This document shows, piece after piece, positions 58,700 to 64,000 of a stretch of DNA of 64,000 bases (positions are counted from its first letter, which is position 1; each line of letters starts with the position of its first letter). The translations under genes and the position numbers were made by a program. This stretch comes from Prionailurus viverrinus (lineage: Eukaryota). The notes under the pieces were generated by a model. It ran no database searches. It was not told the origin of the DNA and worked only from the letters and a program-made list of their open reading frames with translations. The DNA is taken from assembly GCF_022837055.1 (NCBI RefSeq), contig NC_062561.1, forward strand, positions 680,715 through 744,714. Direction: 5' to 3'.

Positions 58700-59647
58700 A
58701 AACTAGTTTTGTTGCTTTCAGTAGTTAGTAACTATAAGTAGACTAATGATTACTGGCAAACAAATCTGTTTGATCGTGCTTGCCATTTATATGTTCATGT
58801 CATCATGATATTCAGCTAACATTTATTGATTACCTACTCTGGGCCAGGGACTATTGAGCCATGTGTTTTGTTAATCCCCACAACAAACCTCCTAGGATCT
58901 CATATTATTATCATAATTGAGGAAACTGAGGCTTTCAGTGTTGAATGAAAGCTGCACCATATCACATAGCCAATATTGTGTGATTTCAGAGTCAGGCTTT
59001 GAAACTAGCTCTTAGCCACCCACTATACTAATGGCTCTTTCCCAGTTCACAGGGAAAAAAATCAGGAAGATGGAGAATTTTCCAAATTTTTAGTCCCCCT
59101 GCCCATAGAATTTTTTTTTAACTTTCGTATATGTTACGACTTGTTTGCTAATGAATTCTAGCAGGTGACAAAACAAATGAGGAAGTAGCTAATACCAATG
59201 AAAAAATCTCAGAATTTTTCTGAGTCTTGAATAGACTTGAATATTTGACATTCTTGAATATTCGACAGCATTTTATGGACACAAACTTGAAGTTTTTGTG
59301 TAATGCACAATTTAGTAGTACGTTGTTTCTGGTTTGTATGGTAATTAAATATGACAGTTTCATGGGTCTTAGGGAAATACCTAGGAAAATGGCTAACTAA
59401 TCAAATTGAGAATTCCTGGTACAGTAAAAAGGAGAGAGAAATAGAAGCCTGGTTTGTAAAATAGTATTGAGTTTCTGCTTGAAGAATGGATGGATTTAGA
59501 TCAAGAAAAATGAAAAGGGACATAAAAAGACAAATACACATAGGCTGGAGGAAGCTTGAATTGTCCTGGAGGCAGCCAGGAAGTCTGTGAAGCATTTGGA
59601 AGCTGGAAAGTGATGGGTATAATATACTTAAAAATGTATTGAATAAG

Positions 59648-59863
59648 GAGCACCTGGGTGGCTCAGTCGGTTAAGGTCCGACTTCAGCTCAGGTCATGAT
59701 CTCACGGTTTGTGAGTTCGGGCCTCAGTTTGGGCCTTGTGCTGACAGCTCAGAGCCTGGAGCCTGCTTTGGATTCTGTGTCTCCCTCTCTCTCTGTCCCA
59801 CCCCTGCTTGCTCTCTGTCTCTCAAAAATGAATAAACATTAAAAAAAAAAAGAATAAACATTA
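59648..59863 (+). mobile_element. CAN-SINE about 200 bp upstream of the terminal PARP4 exon. 18-bp TSD aaaaatgtattgaataag.
   Basis: GGAGCACCTGGGTGGCTCAGTCGGTTAAGGTCCGACTTCAGCTCAGGTCATGATCTCACGGTTTGTGAGTTCGGGCCTCAG... The TSD is at 59629-59647 and 59864-59881. Confidence 0.9.
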
Positions 59864-60063
59864 AAAAATGTATTGAATAAGTTAAAAGCACCATGTCAGT
59901 CTGGTAGGTAGAACTTTCATAAAATGTTAGAATTGCTTTGATTAAATATCTTAATTTTTGACAGAATTATTTTGTCAGATCTAATGTGCTACATTTCGTA
60001 CCACGTTATATTTCGTATGTAATTATATTCTGAAATTGATGGAAACATTTATTTTTAATCTAG

Positions 60064-60259
60064 AAATATTCCCTGGGCTTTTGAAGAAATAAAGAAAGCA
60101 AGTGAGTGGGTAAGAAGAACCGAAGGACAATATCCATCTATCTGCCAACGGCTTGAATTGGGTCAAGACTGGGACTCTGCAACTAAGCAGCTATTGGGGA
60201 TCCAAACCATAGACACCACTTCTCCTCTTCACAGAGTTCTTAATTACAATCAAGGCTGA
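60064..60259 (+). CDS. PARP4: PARP4 terminal coding exon, including the TGA stop at 60257-60259. Translates (R)NIPWAFEEIKKASEWVRRTEGQYPSICQRLELGQDWDSATKQLLGIQTIDTTSPLHRVLNYNQG*
   Basis: Acceptor tttaatctag|A completes the AG|A Arg codon. Matches the human C-terminus NIPWAFEAIKQASEWVRRTEGQYPSICPRLELGNDWDSATKQLLGLQPISTVSPLHRVLHYSQG*. Confidence 0.9.
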
Positions 60260-60480
60260 ATCAACTGAAGTTGTATTTTAAACATTATTCATGCTTCTAT
60301 GTGTAAAATAATCAGATATCAATAGATACCTATAATGAAGTTTAATTCAGATTTTATTCAATGTAGCACTCACTTTAAACAGAAACAGAATTGATTATTT
60401 TAATGAACTAACAAGTGATGACCAATTACAATATTACAGATTTTTTGTGTTTAAATGCTTAAAGTAATAAGAGATACACC
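60260..60480 (+). other. PARP4: Probable PARP4 3' UTR. No canonical AATAAA or ATTAAA occurs within about 450 nt of the stop, only variant hexamers (TTTAAA at about 60285 and 60375, AATAGA at about 60321, AATGAA at about 60334). The first AATAAA lies near 61582.
   Basis: Position directly after the stop codon. The expected short UTR length is based only on my memory of the human transcript, so the extent is uncertain. Confidence 0.35.
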
Positions 60481-61690
60481 TGGCTAGTCCTGGAGCCTAT
60501 TTCCTTCTCCCCTTTAAGGAGTCTGGTATAGAATCTGGCCAGCTAGGCTGAGAAAGCTGGGGAGAAACAAGGCCTTTGGCTGATGTCAGTGTTGCTGACA
60601 TGCCAGCCTGTTTCCAGGCCCTGAGTATCTAGACCTTTGCCCTCGGTATGCATACTCCCTGCATCCTAGTCTGTGGATCTCTTGATACATTTTTGTCACT
60701 CAGAGAAACTAGGTGTCTCATGCAATTCTTTCATGGATCTTGCTTTTGGTATTGCATCTAAAATCCTACAGTCATGTAGATTTCTTCCTATGTTATCTTG
60801 TAGAAGTTTTATAAACTTTGCATTTTATGTTATGGTCTATGATCCATTCTGAGTTATTTTTTATGAAGGTTGTAAGGTCTTTCCATCTTCCCCTACACTA
60901 CCATTTCCAGGCCGTTACCTCTCTACCTTTATGCAAAAACTTTGGTTTCTTTGAGGTTCAGGCTTTGGCTGTCCTCCAACCTGTCCTCCTTGCTGTCATT
61001 CACCAAATGTTCAGTACCTCAACACATTTACATATGGTTCGGGATTTCCCTTTCTATTGGCAGTCCTGCCTTCATCTTGAGTGACTCCCCAAATCCTAAT
61101 GTATGACCCCTCCTAATTCCCTGGACTCGAACCACAGCTATAATTGAGTCTTGGCAGAACTCTTGGATACCCAACAGGTAGCAAGTTAGCTTGTGAGGTG
61201 CTACCATGAGGCCTTCTCCCACCTGCCTATCTCTCTGGGAGGCAGACATGAGACCGTTTTTTATCCTCCCAGTCCTGACAAGGCATAAGGCTCAGATACA
61301 GCTACAGACTAAAAATCCTTATAGCTGCATCTAGACTTGGCTCCTCAGCATTGATTTGTCCCACAACTCACTTTGCAGTTATCTAGCTCCTTTTCGGGTG
61401 TGGGACAAGAACCAAGGGGAGCTGGCATCTTTGACTATCTTCCTCTTGCTGTTTATATAAGTAACAAATCATCTAAATCTAAAGTGGCTTGTTATATCTT
61501 TACTGGCTATATCAATCAGATCTTGCCGTTGGCCTTGCTGCTTGACATAATCATAGAAGATAAACTCTTTTGTTTTATTAGATTAAGGAATAAAAGAATG
61601 ATACCTGGTAGCAGAGTGTATGAAGGTTAACAGACTTCCTTATGTTGTTAATGAAACATGTACTTGGTAAAACAAAATTTTGCAATATTT

Positions 61691-61896
61691 AAAAAAAAAT
61701 TTTTAATGTTTATTTTTGAGAGAGAGAGAGAGAGAATGAGCGGGGGAGGGGCTGAGAGAGAGGAAGACACAGAATCCAAAGCGGCCTCCAAGCTCTGAGC
61801 TGTCAGCACAGAGCCTGATGCGGGGATCAAACCCATGAACCGTGAGATCATGACCTGAGCTGAAGTCAGAGCTTAACTAAGCCACCCAGGCACCCC
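61691..61896 (-). mobile_element. CAN-SINE downstream of PARP4. 16-bp TSD aaaattttgcaatatt.
   Basis: On the + strand: T-run, AATGTTTATTTTTGAGAGAGAGAGAG...CAGCACAGAGCCTGATGCGGGGATCAAACCCATGAACCGTGAGATCATGACC...AAGCCACCCAGGCACCCC. The TSD is at about 61675-61690 and 61897-61912. Confidence 0.9.
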
Positions 61897-62639
61897 TAAA
61901 ATTTTGCAATATTAATCCAAATTTATTTTTTGCCTTAATTTGGATCTCCCAAAGTGCTCTCTGGATCACCAATTAGCTCTGGGATCCTTCAAATTAGTGA
62001 GACCACCTGAACATTTAGATAATTAGTTAATGTTTACATATGGTGACTGCTGTTGAAACTCCTCATTCATTCATTCAATATTTATTGGGTACTCACTCTG
62101 TGACAGACCCTGTGCTAGGTGTGGGGGATACAACAGAGAGAAGAATCAGGTATGGCTTCTGCCCCCTGGAGCTTAGACTACAGTGGGAGCAGACAATATA
62201 AAAAATCAATCGTCTAATGCATGCACAATTACAGCTGTAGTGAGTGATCAGGGAAGACTTGAGGAAGTGATAAATGGGAGTGGATATGTCAGGTAAGAGG
62301 GGAGAGAAAAGCATTCTAGGCAAAAGGAACAGCATGTACAAAGATCCTGGGGGATGAGCAGGTTAGCCTGACCAGGAGGCAAGTGTGGCTGGAGCAGATA
62401 AAGGGAGGGGAGTGGGGTGAGCTGTGGTTGGAGCAAGGTTGGGTCCAGGCCAGGGAGGGCCTTGTCAGCCATGTTGAGAAGTTCTGTCTCTCCAGTCAGG
62501 GCTGCAGTTCTCTTTCAACATATTCCTTTTTAAACAAATGTGCTTATCATTGTGTACAATGACTACTTGGTATTGTTTCCTAATGATATACATATACTGA
62601 AGGATTTACTACTTAGGTAAACTTGAATAATCTACTTAA

Positions 62640-62760
62640 ACTTTTTTTTTAATATAATTTATTGTCAAGTTGGCTAACAGCGTATACAGTGTGCCCTTGG
62701 TTTTGGGGGTAGATTCCCGTGATTCATCGCTTACATGCAACACCCAGTGCTCACAATATT
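62640..62760 (-). mobile_element. Extreme 3' end (about 115 bp plus poly-A) of a carnivore L1 on the minus strand. This is the only antisense L1 piece in the window, and it lies outside PARP4.
   Basis: Reverse complement reads GTGAGCACTGGGTGTTGCATGTAAGCGATGAATCACGGGAATCTACCCCCAAAACCAAGGGCACACTGTATACGCTGTTAGCCAACTTGACAATAAATTATATTAAAAAAAAAG. This matches the termini of the + strand L1s at 11880-11945 and 28860-28960. Confidence 0.85.
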
Positions 62761-64000
62761 AATCCAAATTTCAATCAGTACCCTCCTTGACCTATAACTT
62801 TTATTAATAGGAATTCTACATCTGGAAATTCGTCTTACATATGGACGCACACACATGCATATGTTATATATGCATATACATATTACAGTTGCGGAACAAT
62901 GTGGAAGAGAGCACATTTCAAAATTATATAAATGGGTGTTTATACATGTATGAGATAAAAATCTGTCGTATTCTAAACTGGTTACATCTGAGGAATAGGA
63001 ACTTTATTTCTGTTACATACTTTTGAATTAAAAATTTTTTACAGTGAACATAAATTTTTATTTCAAAAATATATAAAAGCAGAAAAATAGTATAATCAAT
63101 ATAAATCCCATCATTTAAAATATTTTGCCAAATTTTTATATATTTAGAACAGTCTTCTCTTGCCTCTTCTTTTGCTATTGACTTGTTGAAGAAACAAGGT
63201 CAGTCGTCCTAAAGGATGTCCCACATTCTGGATTTGATTGTTTCCACTTTTTCTTTCCCCATATTTCTTGTAAACTGGAAATTTGATCTAAGGTCCTGAA
63301 TAGATTAAGGATCAATCTTTTTGTCAACAGGAGCCATATGGTTTGGTTCTTTTACTTTTAGTAATGCTAATATGGATCAGTGGGTTTTCCAATGTGAAGT
63401 TGTGTTTCCCCTACAACCAACAAATGATCTGTGAAGAGATACTTTGGCAGCCAGTTCGTCATCAATCTTTCACCTCATGGTTTTGTTGCCTGAATCATTT
63501 TCATGAAATATTGTGATCCTCTATCTTTTCTTCTATGCGTATTAACTGAAATTCTGAAAAAATGAGCTTTCTCTCATCAACAGATGTTGTTTACAGTATT
63601 TTTCTAAAAACTTATTTTAAAAAAGATATCCAATTATTAGAATTGTTGCGTCTTCCTTTTTAGACTGAGTCTGTGGCAGGCAGAGAGACCGTTAAGAATG
63701 AGATGACAGGCCCAAAACACAGTTATCTGTGCCAAGCCCCACATCAGCAAACCAAGAGTCTACACCCAACCTAACTGCAGTCTCAGCCTCTTCTAGGAAT
63801 ATAATCTTAACCAGGAGTCTGGAATTTCCTAGCTGTACTAGTGAGGTAGTCTGAAAGACCCCAGCCTTCCCCCAAAGGACAGCGAATTTTTCTGAAATAA
63901 TCCTTTCGTTTATGACTTCATGCCCCACCTCCTTTCTGCCTTGCGAAGCTTGTTTCTTTCTGCATTTCTTCGGACCTCCTTTCTATTTGCCAAATGGAAT

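Noticed and set aside
5344-59863. tRNA-like 5' ends (GGGGCGCCTGGGTGGCTCAGTCGGTTAAGCGTCCGACT... with A and B boxes) at about 37 positions that could be called tRNA genes
   Set aside because: These are heads of tRNA-Lys-derived CAN-SINEs. Each is followed by the SINE body, a (TC)n region and an A-rich tail, lacks a complete acceptor/T-arm cloverleaf with CCA-compatible structure, and is flanked by TSDs.
61906-62773. Exact 17-18-mer caatattaatccaaattt occurring twice about 850 bp apart (61905-61922 and 62756-62773), next to a SINE TSD and an L1 fragment end
   Set aside because: It could mark a small local duplication or deletion breakpoint, but a single short AT-rich match is within chance expectation for this base composition, and I cannot extend it into a longer alignment by eye.
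1-64000. Search for CRISPR arrays, operon-like gene clusters, toxin-antitoxin or other prokaryotic or phage defence architecture, as implied by the prompt
   Set aside because: The sequence is mammalian, with spliced exons, CAN-SINEs, L1 and MIR. There are no short direct-repeat-plus-spacer arrays, no dense co-oriented intronless ORFs and no Shine-Dalgarno-style organisation. The only regular repeats are microsatellites and SINE tails.

Overview
This window is mammalian nuclear DNA, not prokaryotic. The interspersed SINEs are tRNA-Lys-derived carnivore CAN-SINEs of the felid SINEC_Fc type, so the source is most likely a cat or another felid. On the + strand I can reconstruct 14 consecutive coding exons that translate into the C-terminal half of PARP4, the vault poly(ADP-ribose) polymerase. 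They cover the end of the VIT domain, the vWA domain with an intact MIDAS motif (LDCSASM), a 996-bp exon encoding a low-complexity Ser/Pro-rich linker, and the MVP-interacting C-terminus, ending at a TGA stop at 60257-60259. Every junction is GT-AG, and the peptides match human PARP4 as I recall it (for example MIHKLTARALIRDYEDGILHENETNHE, and the tail NIPWAFEEIKKASEWVRRTEGQYPSICQRLELG...). The introns are dominated by retrotransposons. There are about 37 CAN-SINE copies, seven of which are nearly identical, CpG-rich copies of one young subfamily with perfect target-site duplications. A full-length but ORF-disrupted young L1 of about 6.3 kb is nested inside an older L1. Many other L1 fragments are present, and all of the intronic ones run in the sense orientation relative to PARP4. 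MIR relics and several microsatellites are also present. I find no evidence of a defence system, operon or other novel cassette, and every ORF in the six-frame track other than the PARP4 exons lies in L1 ORF1/ORF2 remnants, SINE tails or GC-rich noise. The points worth a second look are the recent and nested retrotransposition history, the sense-orientation bias of L1 inside the gene, a weak exon donor site, a 3' end with no canonical poly(A) signal nearby, and one unclassified GC-rich island in intron 4. Coordinates of repeats are hand-derived and good to roughly 10 bp.
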